DNA of 64,000 nucleotides from Octopus sinensis (lineage: Eukaryota). Under the pieces are notes generated by a model that was given only the letters and a program-made list of their open reading frames with translations, did no database searches and was not told the origin of the DNA. Every line of letters starts with the position of its first letter. Position 1 is the stretch's first letter. The stretch covers positions 95,976,001 through 96,040,000 of the forward strand of contig NC_043004.1 of assembly GCF_006345805.1 (NCBI RefSeq), written 5' to 3'. Shown here one piece after another: positions 39,459 through 52,313 of the stretch. Position numbers and translations under genes: made by a program.

Positions 39459-39904
39459 TTTTAAACACTATTTATGGGGACAAAAAAACAAAAGCTAAGA
39501 TGTTTACAGCTGGAATATTTTGATAAAAGGTTTTCTCATTCATGCCTGAGTTGAGGACTAAACCACAACAACTTCCCCCTCCCCAACTTACATACCCTAC
39601 TACTACCCCTTAGATATTTCAATAGTGAGAGTGGGGTGGGTGGGTGGGTATGATTTTGCAGCTTACAATGCATTCCAGTGCAAAAACAATATAAATAACG
39701 CAAGACATGACACAATAGCGTCGTCGCAGTTCCCCTGATATCCTAAAACAATTTGCAGAAACTCATCACATACTTCATCTAACTAACTTACAATACCTTC
39801 CTCCCCAGACAACGGTTTCTGTTCTCCTTCACACACACACACACCGAGCTAAAAGTAACCACATGGCAAAAACAATACCTCCACGACTCTACTTCAAACA
39901 TCTG

Positions 39905-40435
39905 CTCATCATCATCACCACCACCACAATGATGACAACACCACCACCACCACCATCACCACCACCACTACCATCATCGTCATCACCACCGCAACTACCA
40001 TCATCATTATCACCCTCAAAACCACCATGTCCACCACCACCATCATCACCATCAACATCACCACCAACACCATCATTGTTATCACCACCACAAACACCAT
40101 CATCGTTATCACCACCACCACCACCACCACCACCACCACCATGACCACCACCACCACCATGACCACCACAACCACCATCATCACCACCATGACCATCACG
40201 ACCAGGACCACCACCACCACCATCATCACCAACACCATCATAATTATCATAATGATCATCATCACCATCATCATATCATCCTCATTATACTCACACTCCC
40301 TCCCATCATCATATCATCATCATCATCATCACCACCACCACCACCACTGCCAATGACACCACTGCCACTGCCAATGACACTACCACTGCCACAACCACCA
40401 CCACCATCTCCATCATTATCATCATCATAACATTG
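39905..40435. repeat. Degenerate (CAC/CAT)n tract
   Basis: Seen directly. Confidence 0.9.
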
Positions 40436-41089
40436 ACAATGATAAGCAAAGTAAAATAAATAAATAAATACATAAATAGATAAACATAAGAACACTTTCA
40501 AAAGAAATGACGGAAAAAAACAACAAAAGTCATTTTTAAAAAAGGGCCCTTATGGGACTGTTTTCCACACAAGAGACAGAATTATATATACAGCTCACAG
40601 AATTTAACAACATTAGAATCACCAACATAGATTCTGTAGTACAGGCATTCAACAAAATAATTGTAAAAGCTTAAAATAATAATAAGAAAAACAAACTAAA
40701 AAAAACATTACACAAGGAGAAATATATAAAAAAAATACAACCCTAACTAAACAAGTGAAATTATATTTGGTTTCTTTGATAGATCTTCACATTGTTTGTC
40801 TTTGGAAATTTTTATTTTTGTTTTCATATTTTGTATTTTTCATGCATGTTCTATGTTTTTCTTGATAATTCTTCCTTATCCCACAAGTTTTCTTCATTCA
40901 GTTTGGGGGTTCTTTTTTTTGTTTATTTACCCAAGTGTTAGAGAAATTTTAAGAAAAAAAAAAGAAAAAAAAAGAAATAAATAACAGAATGTACTTAAGG
41001 AAATAGATCGGATTGTCATTTTACTCAAGTAGGAAAACCTAGAAAAAAAAAAGACATCACAAAATATAAATAAGAAAGAGACTAGAATG

Positions 41090-41366
41090 AATACACACAC
41101 GCATGCACAAACACACACACAGAGAAATATATACATATATATATATATACACACATAGATAGAAACACACACATATATATATACACATATATATATATAC
41201 ACACATGTATATATGTACACATATATATATAGGTATAATTTATATATATACCTTATATATAGTTATGTGTAATATAACTTTATATATATACATATAATAT
41301 ATATAAATATATTATTTATGTATTGTTTGTACATACTAAATATACATACATACATATATATAAATC

Positions 41367-41432
<66 letters not shown>

Positions 41433-41640
41433 GTATATTCATATATATATATATATATATATACACACATCAGATACATTACACACACTTATGCACACAA
41501 ACATGTTTGCGTATGACAATGTAAATGGGTATGCACATGCATATATATATTATATATATATATATACATAAACACACAGGTGGATACGCATGCAAACACT
41601 GACACACGCACACATAAATGCACACGCACAAATACACAAC
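41090..41640. repeat. (TA)/(CA) microsatellite
   Basis: Seen directly. Confidence 0.9.
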
Positions 41641-43036
41641 CACATCCTATTTATACTTAGCAAGAGATACAGTGACAATAGGTAAAAAAAAAAAAAACAT
41701 ATTAATCTCATACGTACACCCCACTTACACGCATATACCGAAGCACATAAACACACACAAGCATCCAAACACACAGTCATTTCCTTATTCTTCCCATAGA
41801 AAGGTAGAACACAAGAAAGAAAGAAAGACAAAATAAGACATTAAGCAGATCAATAAACATTTTTTCTAAAGTGAATTCAATGATATTACAATAACAATGT
41901 CGCAGTTTACCTAAGGTTTATGAAAATAAGATTATTAACAAATACAGCATAAGAAGTGTACGAAACAAATAGAAAATAAGACAAAAAAATATCCCCTTTA
42001 TGTCATGAAATAAAAACAAACTATTCTTTCCAACCCACCCCACTTAAGAAAATTCTTTGTATTTTCATTTGGTGTCAATAATGTCTGAAGGTGTAACTAT
42101 GTAGTTAAGTTTGCTTTATAACTATTTGGTTCCATGTTTGGTTCCACTGTGCTGCACCTTGGGCCAGTTTTTTTACTATGATGTCCCGAGGATGGCTGAT
42201 ATTATGTGGGGGTGTGTTATGATACATGATAACTGCGCAGAAGGCTGTTGTCGAGTCGCTTTCTCTTTCAGAAAGTTTTCACTTGCCCCCGTTGTCTATA
42301 GTTTCCAGTGTGGTTCACACAAAAACTCAACTTTCTAATAATGTTGGTTTTTGTGTACATTCCCGTACACACAATGCTGGTTTGTTTACATTCCTGTTTG
42401 GCCAGAGAGGCTGATAGGATAAGCGCCAGACTTGCAAAATAAGTATTGGGGTCCATTTGTTTGATTTTACCCTGTGAGTTGGCCCCCAGTATAGTTGTCA
42501 TCCAATGACTGAAACAGGTAAAAGATGCACACACACACACACACACGAACACACATACACATACACACACACACACACATGCACACACACAGACACGTGC
42601 GCGCACACACACACACAGACACGTGCGCGTGCACACACACACACACACACATAAGCAATATTTTCAAAAGCTTTTCAAACATTCGTTACATTGTTCATTA
42701 AGACTGCCATCTCTGTGTGAATGTTTTATGTGTACATGAGTACGTGCATATATGTACATGGGCGTGTGCATGTGTACGTATGTATATGTATGAGTGTGTG
42801 TGTGTGTATGTGTTGTCTTGTTTGTCCGTACTGGTTTCTCCCTTCATAACTTAGCCATTCAACAAATCAATGAAATAAGTACCAAACTGAAATATAGATA
42901 TGATTAGTGATATGATTAGCGAAACAACCTTGAAGATTCTGCTCCAGCATGGCCACACTCTAACAACTTGAAACTCTAAAACAAGTGTTTATCAGCAGCA
43001 CCCAATAACCCCCCACACACACATATGCACACATCA

Positions 43037-44290
43037 GACTTCTATCCTTCAGAAAGTCATGAAGCCATTCTCCCAATTCACAAACTGTGTGATCTTGGCA
43101 TAGTTGGAAAATTGGGAGAATGGCTTCATGACTTTCTGAAGGATAGAAGTCAGGTGGTAGTAGCCAATGGGGCCACTTCCATTAACACGCAAATAGTGAG
43201 CGGTGTTCCCCATGGCACTGTTTTGGGACCACTACTGTTCATAATGGCCCTCTCAGACATGCCCTGAGCCATGCAGAGAGCCACAATCACAAGTTATGCA
43301 GATGATACAAAAGTTTCACAGGCAATACAGAACCCTGAATACACTAAGCACCTGCAATGTGAGCTGCACAAAATATACAAGTGGGCTGAAAAGAATAGCA
43401 TGCAGTTCAATGCTGAAAAGTTTCAAGCTTTATGCTATCAGCATGCAAAACTAAATGCAATACCCAATAAATACACTGGACCTGGAGGGATTGCAACCCC
43501 AGAGGCACAATCAGTGCGAGACCTGGGTATTTACATAAGTGATGATGCAACCTTTCATGTGCATGTTGCTAAATTGGCAATGAAATGTAGGTGGCTGACC
43601 AGATGGATTCTTAGAACCTTTAGAACAAGAGACCAGGAAACCATGATGGTCCTCTGGAGGACACTTGTCCTAAGCCACTTTGACTATTGCTCTCAGCTAT
43701 GGTCACCATCCAGTGTCAAGTTAATCACAGAACTTGAGGCGATCCAATGAAGCTACATGAAGAAGATAGCCTCTGTGCAGCATATAAGCTACTGGGAAAG
43801 ACTCAAGAGATTAAGACTCTATTCCTTAGAGCGTAGGCGAGAAAGATATGCCATAATATACATCTGGAAGATCCTAGAAGGACTTGTCCCAAACTTTGGC
43901 ATCGAGAGTTATACAAATGCTAGAACTGGGCGCCACTGCATAGTGCCAAGGACTCCAAATTTGCCATCAAGATGAAGGACAAGATACTGTGATAGCCTGG
44001 GCTTCAGAGGCCCACAGCTCTTCAATATCCTCCCGAAGAACCTGAGAGACCTGCATGGGGTGGATGCAGATGTTTTTAAAATAAAACTGGATCTCTTCCT
44101 GTTAGGTGTCCCAGATGAACCAACTTCACGGCAGGAGGTGCAGATGAGGGCAGCTGCATCGAACTCTCTCATGCACCAAATGACAATTGCTAAAAAGCAT
44201 TCGTGAAGTAAAATCATGTAGCAACACCAAATGGCGGTGCCCCAGCATGGCCACATCTTGTGAGCTGAAACTAGATAAAATAAAATTAAA
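43037..44290 (+). mobile_element. 5'-truncated CR1-group LINE (RT domain to 3' end), pseudogenised
   Basis: SGVPHGTVLGPLLF..SYADDTK..RDLG..FDYCSQLWSP..LKRLRLYSLERRRER..; in-frame TGA stops at 43265, 43748 and 43973; tail ends ctagataaaataaaa. Confidence 0.95.
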
Positions 44291-44318
44291 ATAAATATAT
44301 ATATATATATATATACAT

Positions 44319-44376
<58 letters not shown>

Positions 44377-44379
44377 CAT

Positions 44380-44441
<62 letters not shown>

Positions 44442-44564
44442 AGTGGAGGCAACAAAGTAACTCAAGATCTGTGAGTTTCGTGAGTAGGCAATGCTAAATA
44501 TTAATAAAAATATACAAATACTCATATTTTGAGTTCTATTTTCTTCTTGTTTACACCAACATAT

Positions 44565-44596
<32 letters not shown>

Positions 44597-45076
44597 CATG
44601 CACACACACACACACACACGCACACAGATATACGTATGTATGTATGCATGTATATACGTATGTATTTCTATGTATGTATAAATATGCAAGTACATATATG
44701 TAGTTATGTAGTGTATCTAATATATATCATATACTTATATAGTATGTGTTTTATATTTATTTTATAGATTACGTGTAACTTTTTAACTAGAGTAAGGAGA
44801 AAAGTGATTGTCCTCAGGCTAAAACAAATTCACAAAATTCACAGTGGTATGTCTTTCCTTCTGTAAGAATATAATTGTGGTTTATTAAGTGACTGTGATA
44901 AGAAAATGATTTCCCACAGATTTCATATTTGTATGGCTGTTCACCAGCATGAATTCATTTGTAATCTTGTAATTTTGTACTCAGAGACAATGTTTTCCCA
45001 CAAATATCACAATGGTGTTTATTTTCCCAACCCTCTTTTTTTACCTTCCTGAAAGAATGTGTTTATGACTTGATAA

Positions 45077-45472
45077 TCTTTATATATAAAAATGTAGTTG
45101 TGTGTCTGTCTCCACCGATTTAGATTCCTAACTACTCCCACATTTTGCATTGCAGTTTAACCAAAACCGGGTATCTTATAGTCGGGATTCATATCAAGCC
45201 CTTCTGGGTATTAGCGCGTGTCTACGATGAGTCTACGATTTTAAAGAAAATTTACCATAATTTTTCCGCATTTTTAATGCATTTTCGCTCGGTTTATATA
45301 AGGGAAGTAACTCTCTAAAAATGTATTATTAAATCTCAGAACGTAAAAAGCTACAGTAACACCCCCCTTTGTGGTTAGCCATATTGAGATGACTATTATA
45401 CTTTACATCTCTAAAAATGCTTATATAGTTATTTCCCTTACAAACCCGAGCAATGCCGGGTGATACTGCTAG
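45077..45472 (+). mobile_element. Non-autonomous Helitron
   Basis: 5' A|TCTTTATATATAAAA; 3' hairpin ACCCG(A)GCA-A-TGCCGGGT then CTAG|T; A/T target, no TSD. Confidence 0.85.
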
Positions 45473-45780
45473 TTTATAATAAAAATGTAAACTCTTTGCC
45501 ACGAACTTCAGGGTGGTATTGTTTTTGTTTTTCATCAGTGTCAAGGGCTTGGAGCTAAGATATTCAGCACTCTAAGCCAGTTCTGCTATGTTTGTCCCCT
45601 TCTCTTTGCCCTATAATGTACCCCATTTTTTCCAGTCCTAGACTGTGCACCCCTTTTTCCCTACCTAATAATATGTTACCCTTCTCCTTGCCTAGAATGT
45701 GTGTCATTTCTCTCCTCCCAGTCCTACAATCTATACCCTCCTCTCTTTACCTTATATTTGTGTGCCTCCATATTTTTCTC

Positions 45781-46171
45781 TCTCTTTTACTTGTTTCAGT
45801 CATTTGACTGCAGCCATGCTGGGGCACTGCCTTTAGTTGAGCAAATCGACCCCAGGACTTATTCTTTGGAAGCCTAGTACTTATCATATCGATCTCTTTT
45901 GTCGAACCACTAAGTTACGGGGACATAAACACACCACCATCGTTTGGTGGGACAAACACAGACAAACAAACATATACACATACATATGTATATTTATTTA
46001 TATACATATATGACGGGCTTCTTTCAGATTCCGTCTACCAAATCCACTTAAGGCTTTGGTCGGCTCGAGGCTATAGTAGAAGACACTTGCCCAAGGTGCC
46101 ATGCAGTGGGACTGAACCCGGAACCATGTGGTTGGTAAGCAAGCTACTTACCACACAGCCACTCCTATGCC
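45781..46171 (-). mobile_element. SINE family A
   Basis: Reverse complement head to tail. Confidence 0.9.
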
Positions 46172-47029
46172 TAAGTTATTTCAGCTTCTATAATTTTTGC
46201 AATACTCCAAATTTTAATATCCTAGGTAAATGCAAAGTTTACTTAGCATATAGCACTGACTCTACCTGTGTCAACACCTTTATGAAGACATAAGCTATTA
46301 AGATTTTTTTTTTCCTCCAAAATTTCCCAGTGAAATTCTCTTATTGTACATTTGTATCAACTGAAATGTAATGGAAACTAGAAACAGAGCTGATCTTATG
46401 TTTATTGTTCATTTCACAGAGCTTCCCTCTGTGAACTATTTTATGAGTTGAAAAGCTATTGCTTGTAGATAACTCTTTGCCACTTATTTCATATTTATCT
46501 GATTTTTTCCCCTGAATAAATATGTTTTGTGAGTTTTAGCATGAGATCTCCCAGCAAGTTCTTGGTACAAATTTCATAGCAAATAGTAGTTATGGTTATT
46601 TCACCAATCAGAATGTGGTTATGTTAACCTAATAATATACTGAACTAGAATAACTTTCCACAAACTTCAACTTTGCAAACTTTTTCTTTATGACTAATTT
46701 TATAACCGGACAAGCTACAACTTGAAGATAATACTTTACCATGCATTTAACATTGGTATGCCATTTATCCTGTGTAAATATCTTTGTGAACTTCAATTGA
46801 TTATCCCAAATAAACCTTTCCACAGAAATTTCACTCTTGTATGATTTTTCTCTCATGTGAACTTGTTTGTGATGTTACTTTGCAGTTACAAGGAAACTTT
46901 TCCTCTATAAATTTTACTACAGAATAGATTTTCTTTGGGAATTCATTTATAACTAGATAAGGTATGGTCAGAAGGAAATGTATTTCCAAAAAATTTTGAA
47001 TGGAATGCTTTTTCTCCTATCAAAATAAA

Positions 47030-47580
47030 AATCAAAATCAAATTCGATGACTGGCGTCCATGCTAGTGGGGTGCAAAGAGCACCATACAAGTGTGATCAT
47101 TGACAGAGCGGCCAACCGGCTTCCGTGCCAGTGGCACTTAAAAGGCACTATTCAAGTGTGATCGTTACCAGCGTTGCCTTACTGGCACTTGAGCCCCATG
47201 CTAGGAGGGTGTTAAGAGCACCATCTGAGCATGATCATTGCCAGAGCGGCTATCTGGCCTCCGTGTTGGTGGCACATAAAAGACACCATTTGAGCGTGAT
47301 CGTCACCAGCATCGCCTTACTGGCACCTGTGCCAGTGCCATGTGTAAAAGATTCAAGTGAGGTCGTTGCCAGTACCGCCTGACTGGCCCTGTGCAGGTGA
47401 CATGTAAAAGCACCCACTACACTCTCGGAGTGGTTGGCATTAGGAAGGGCATCCAGCTGTAGAAATTCTGCCAGATCAAGATTGAAACCTGGTGCATCTG
47501 GTTCGCCAGCCCTCAGTCAAATCGTCCAACCCATGCTAGCATGGAAAGCGGACGTTAAACGATGATGATGATGATGATGA
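47030..47580 (+). mobile_element. RTE 3' UTR (family C) with internal repeats
   Basis: aaatcaaattcgatgactggc... to the (GAT)n tail. Confidence 0.85.
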
Positions 47581-48129
47581 TGTGTATGTATTTAAGATTT
47601 GTTAAAGCACTCTTTTGAGAAGACAATTTCTCATAAGCTTCCTGTTGGTGTGGCTTTTCTCCAGTATAAGCATATGTATAAGATGCAAGGTCACTCATAG
47701 AAAAAGAAAATGCTTTTCTCAGCATCAAGCATCTCAACAATGTATATTGTTGGTCTACTTTTAACTAATCTCCTTCTGAATCATAAACATCAATAGGATC
47801 AGTACTATTATGATGTTATGGTTTAGTAGCATAGTACATCATAATAGTACTATTATGATGTACTATTAAATGCTATGGTTTTCATAACATTTCAGCAGAT
47901 ACAAATTTAATCTGCTCTTGGATAAGACTCTGGTTGAGAACAGTCAAGATTTTATCACTGGTGAAATTGTACCCAATGCATTAAACGTCTGTGATATTCT
48001 ACCAGTTCTGCTTTGTTTTACTACTAAAAGCAGTGAAAATGTTTAGATTTGAAAATGCTCAAGCTTCTGAGATTAACATTGAAAATTAAAATTCATAATG
48101 GTGTTATTTATAATAATAAAAAAATGGTT

Positions 48130-48704
48130 TCGTATTTTGACACAAGGCCAGCAAGTTTAGGAGTTATGGCAAAACAATTATATTAACCCCAATGCTCAGC
48201 ATATTTTATCGATCCTTAAAGGATACATGGCAAAGTAAACCTTGGTGGAATTTGAACCCAGAACGTAATGATGGACTCAGCTCTCCTTTTATCCCATAGT
48301 TTCACACCACACATTACTCTCACCATTGCTCTCTCAGTCCTTCTCAAAATTGCCATTTCACTTTCCCTCAGACACCATGTCTCACTCTCATACAACATTG
48401 CAGATCTCATGCAACTCCGACAAACCCTTCTTTTCATCTTCAAGGAGAACCTTTTCCTATACAATAATTCTCCGCATCCCCTGAACTTCACCCAGCCAAG
48501 TGTTGCTCTTGTTGTCATGGCTGCTTTGCATCCACCACTTACATCCACCCTCTCTCCCAAATAACAAAACCCTCTCACCGTTTCCACCTCATCACATAGC
48601 ATTTCCACTGGTTCTTCCAACCCTCCAGCTCCTTTCCCACATCTTTCACAAATAAAATCTCTTGCCAGTCTTGGCATCACCTTCTTCATTTTCATACATG
48701 ACAA
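48130..48704 (-). mobile_element. RTE RT-region fragment fused to a SINE B body
   Basis: VETVRGFCYLGERV..GGC..LGWVKFR..RSAMLYESETW..RRTERAMVRVMCGVKL (48270-48704); SINE B 48130-48270. Confidence 0.85.
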
Positions 48705-48769
48705 TAACAGAGATAATAATAATAATAATAATGATAATCATAATCATAATCCTAATAATCCTCATCTTC

Positions 48770-49112
48770 ATCATCATCATCGTTTAACATCCACTTTCCA
48801 TGCTAGCATGGGTTGGATGATTTGACTGAGGACTGGTGAACCAGTTGGCTGCACCAGGCTCCAATCTGATCCGGCAGAGTTTCTACAGCTGGATGCCCTT
48901 CCTAGCGCCAACCATTTTGAGAGTGTAGTGGGTGCTTTTACGTGCCACCGGCATGAGGGCCAGTCAGGCAGTACTGGCAACGGTCATGCTCAAATGGTGT
49001 TTTTATGTGCCACCTGCACAGGAGCCAGTCCAGCGGCACTGGCAACGACCTCACTTGAATGTTTTTTCACGTGTCACCGGCACAAGTGCCAGTACGGCGA
49101 CGCTGGTAATGA
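48770..49112 (-). mobile_element. RTE 3' UTR (family C)
   Basis: catcgtttaacatccactttccatgctagcatggg. Confidence 0.85.
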
Positions 49113-49269
49113 TCACTGCTCTTGGATAAGACTCTGGTCGAGTTTTTATCACTGGTGGAATTCAACCCAATGCATTAAACTTATGTGATATTCTACCACT
49201 GGTAGTGAACAGCTGAAACCATAGTACATCTCCAGCATTAGAAGCTGTGCAAACACTAATAATAATAAT

Positions 49270-49795
49270 AATAATAACAACAACCCATTCTATTATAGAT
49301 GAACTAGAGCAAATGTATAAAAGATGGGCTACAGCAAATATCCTGTTCAATACCACAGATTTATTTATCAATTGTTTGACAGTAACCAGTTGAACATGTT
49401 GCTTCGTGGCTGATAATATGTGCATTCCTGATCACAAGCAGAAGTAGTGGAGGAGCATCATAGCCATGTGTTTAGAGGAATTCTTTGGGGTTTGGATAAT
49501 TCACCTCTGGAAACATGGGTGTTTCATTCAACATCCTTAAACAAACTTTATTCAGGGACCTTTTGAGCAGGATGGGCTACTTGACCTGAAGAAAATTCTA
49601 CCTGGTCTCTACCTGCAAGGTCATACCCTGTTTATCTTGATATGAGATCACCATGTTGTGCACATATGATTGTGATGCATGAGCCTATTGTACCCTTATG
49701 AGATGGGTAGTCAAGATGAGTATATTGGACTTGGTATATTTTAATCCAGTGTCACTTTGATGGCGTGTACTGCTCTCTCACTCAAAAATAACGAG

Positions 49796-49835
<40 letters not shown>

Positions 49836-49860
49836 ATAATAATAATAATAATAATAATAA

Positions 49861-49891
<31 letters not shown>

Positions 49892-49930
49892 AAGAAGAAG
49901 AAGAAGAAGAAGAAGAAGAAGAAGAAGCAT
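49270..49930 (+). mobile_element. Family F element with a compound (TAC)n(TAA)n(GAA)n tail
   Basis: 3' end matches 4586-4703; tail 49796-49928. Confidence 0.65.
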
Positions 49931-50394
49931 CAAAATCTTGGAGGTATTCTCTTTGAAGTTCAGTGTCATTATAACTTTGAAAAGTCTGTGATACAAGAGT
50001 TGCCTAAATCTGTCTCTTAGCATCTTAAGGGTATTCTATTTTTAAGTTCAGTGTAACGTCTTACATCTAATTAATTTTAATCTAACTTTTGTATGTTGTC
50101 TATATTCTAAACCAAACTCTTTTTGTATACTTATAATTCCTTTGGAAGTCCATAGCAACACAAATGTTAAATTTGACTAGTAACTGTTTGCTTGACTTTT
50201 GAAGAATGGTAAATCATAGTTCATCTTTGTTCTCTTTAGAGAAGGGATTTCATTGTCCTTTGGAAGAAATTCTTCCTCTTCACCTATTTTCATTTCATTG
50301 TTAGCATTTTATATAATTTCCCTTCCATTTTCATTTTTGTATGTTCAACAACTGCTTAAGTATTTTCATCTGTAATTATTGCTTCTTCTTTATA

Positions 50395-50610
50395 AGGCAT
50401 CAATCTGGCAGAATTGTTAGCACACCTGGCAAAATGTGTAGTGGCATTTTGTCCATCTGCCTGTTTCGAGTTCAAATTATTCCAAAGTCGACTTTGTTTT
50501 TCATACTTTTGGGGTCAATAAATTAAGTACTAGTGAGACACTAGAGTCAATGTAATCAACTAGTCCCCACCCCCAAAATTTCAGGCCTTTGCCTATAGTA
50601 GAAAGGATTA
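50395..50610 (+). mobile_element. SINE family B
   Basis: ctggcagaattgttagcacacctggc...gagttcaaatt. Confidence 0.75.
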
Positions 50611-50749
50611 TTTTTTTCTTTATCTCATAATCAAGATGTAGTACTATATATTGGTATTATTAAGGAACAAAATGTTTCGTTATATATTTGAAATACTGAC
50701 CATAAAAATATTTTAATTTGGCTACACTAGAAATTAGGGTTTCCTGAAG

Positions 50750-51700
50750 GTTTTGCTGTTGTTCTTCATTATTTTTGTTTTCCTTTTGTTTTTTCTTCTG
50801 CTTAATCTTTCCAATTCTTCTGGGCATTCTGTTCTAAGGTGAAGTTTACTCTGAAAAACGCAACAGCTAAGCTTTTTACCTTGAGTCAACAATCTCATGC
50901 TCTTTATCTTGGCATCTTCTACTGGGCACATTTCCAGTATGATTCTGTGGCGTTCAAGTGACAATGGAACCTATAATTCCATTTTGATGCTCCTACATCT
51001 GCATGCCACCCTTTGTTAACATTGCTTTTACCACTCACCCACACTTCAATATAAATATAGTTCGACACTCTTTCCAGTGTCACTTATTGTCAGTCTTGTG
51101 TTTCTCCAACCCATGTGCTGAGGCACAAATGTATAGTCAGACGTATCACTGTTAATTTCAGCTTCAGTTTTAATGATACAGAGGACAGTGCCATTGCGTT
51201 TAAAGATACAGATGATAGTACCTTTTTTTCAATTAACCGATTTTCTTCTGATCTGATATGTTCCTAAAAACCCGATGTACATGACAGGAGGGAAAATTTA
51301 ATCTGTTTCTGTCAATTCGTAAATGGAGATATAGCTCTTGTGGCAAATAAATGCTGTCTACTTTAATCAAATTCTCCCACCAACATTTTCTTTGTAACTG
51401 CAAAAGTCTAAAATTTCTATACGCTCATTTTATATTAAAGAAATGTCTATCTTCCCACAGCTGTTGCATAAATGGACTGCACTATTTGAAACTGAGTGAG
51501 TTGTTTCTGCTATTCTAGGGTTACTAATAAAATATAGAAACTCAAAAATACAACTAGCTTATTGCAACAATTGCTGTGGAGTACTCAATACTTAGGACAG
51601 TTGCCATTTTTCAAACTATTTAATTGAGCATTTAGGGAATTTTCTTTAGTAATTATCTGCCATACAATCCATTTTCTTCTTCTGGTACATTTAGTTGTGT
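50750..51700 (-). mobile_element. Possible Mutator-like (MULE) transposase relic
   Basis: Across frames, in order: W.DxxF, FP..CHVH, KKIG.LKKRY, MALSSVS, STWVG, SNVNKGWH; resembles the MULE order DGTF, FP..GC.FH, RKI..LGL...Y, ALAF.P, TWIG, TNN..EGWH. Confidence 0.4.
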
Positions 51701-51775
51701 ATTTAGATTTTGTATCTTTTTTTGCCATTATGTGTGTTAGCTATTTCGGATGTGCAATTATTAAATTATTATGAG

Positions 51776-52179
51776 CCAGACATGGCTGTGTGGTAAGAAG
51801 CTTGCTTCTCAACTATAGGGTTCTGGGTTCAGTCCTACTGCATGACACCTTGGGAAAATGCCTTTTCCTATAGTCTCAGGCCAACCAAAGCCATATGTGT
51901 GGATTTGGTAGGTGAAAACTGAAAGAAGCCCATCGTATATATGTATATATAAGTTTGTATATATTTGTGTGTCTGTTTGTTTCCCCCACCATCACTTGAC
52001 AACTAATGTTGGTGTGTATTTATGTCCCCATAACTTAGTGGTTCAGAGGCAAAAGAGACCAATAGCATAAGTTCTAGGCTTCAAAATAGTAAGTTCTGGG
52101 ATTGATTTGTTTAACAAAATGTGGTGCTCCAGCATGGTCACAGTCAAGTGACTGAAACAAGTAAAAGAATAAAAGAATA
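51776..52179 (+). mobile_element. SINE family A, full length
   Basis: Head to tail. Confidence 0.88.
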
Positions 52180-52313
52180 GATGAATGTAAAACAGCAAGA
52201 GTCAAAGCAATGATGTGTATATTCATTCTTAACGTGTTCTGGTAGATTTGTATATGTATATGGCAATTACTGGAGTATTTCACTTTTGGAGAGTAATTTC
52301 TGCTATCAGACGA

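Larger units (their letters stand above)
44790..47790 (-). pseudogene. Decayed C2H2 zinc-finger array fragmented by TE insertions
   Basis: 47580-47760 KAFSFSMSDLASYTYAYTGEKPHQQEAYEKLSSQKSALTNLKYIH; 46405-46990 CGKVY..HKDIYTG*MAYQC..VCGKLF..IYSGEK..KYEISGKELSTSNSFSTHKIVH; 45473-45545 QYHPEVRGKEF; 44790-45076 HHCDICGKTLS..K*IHAGEQPYKYEICGKSFSYHSHLINH..TYHCEFC; stops, frameshifts and lost Cys/His ligands. Confidence 0.85.
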
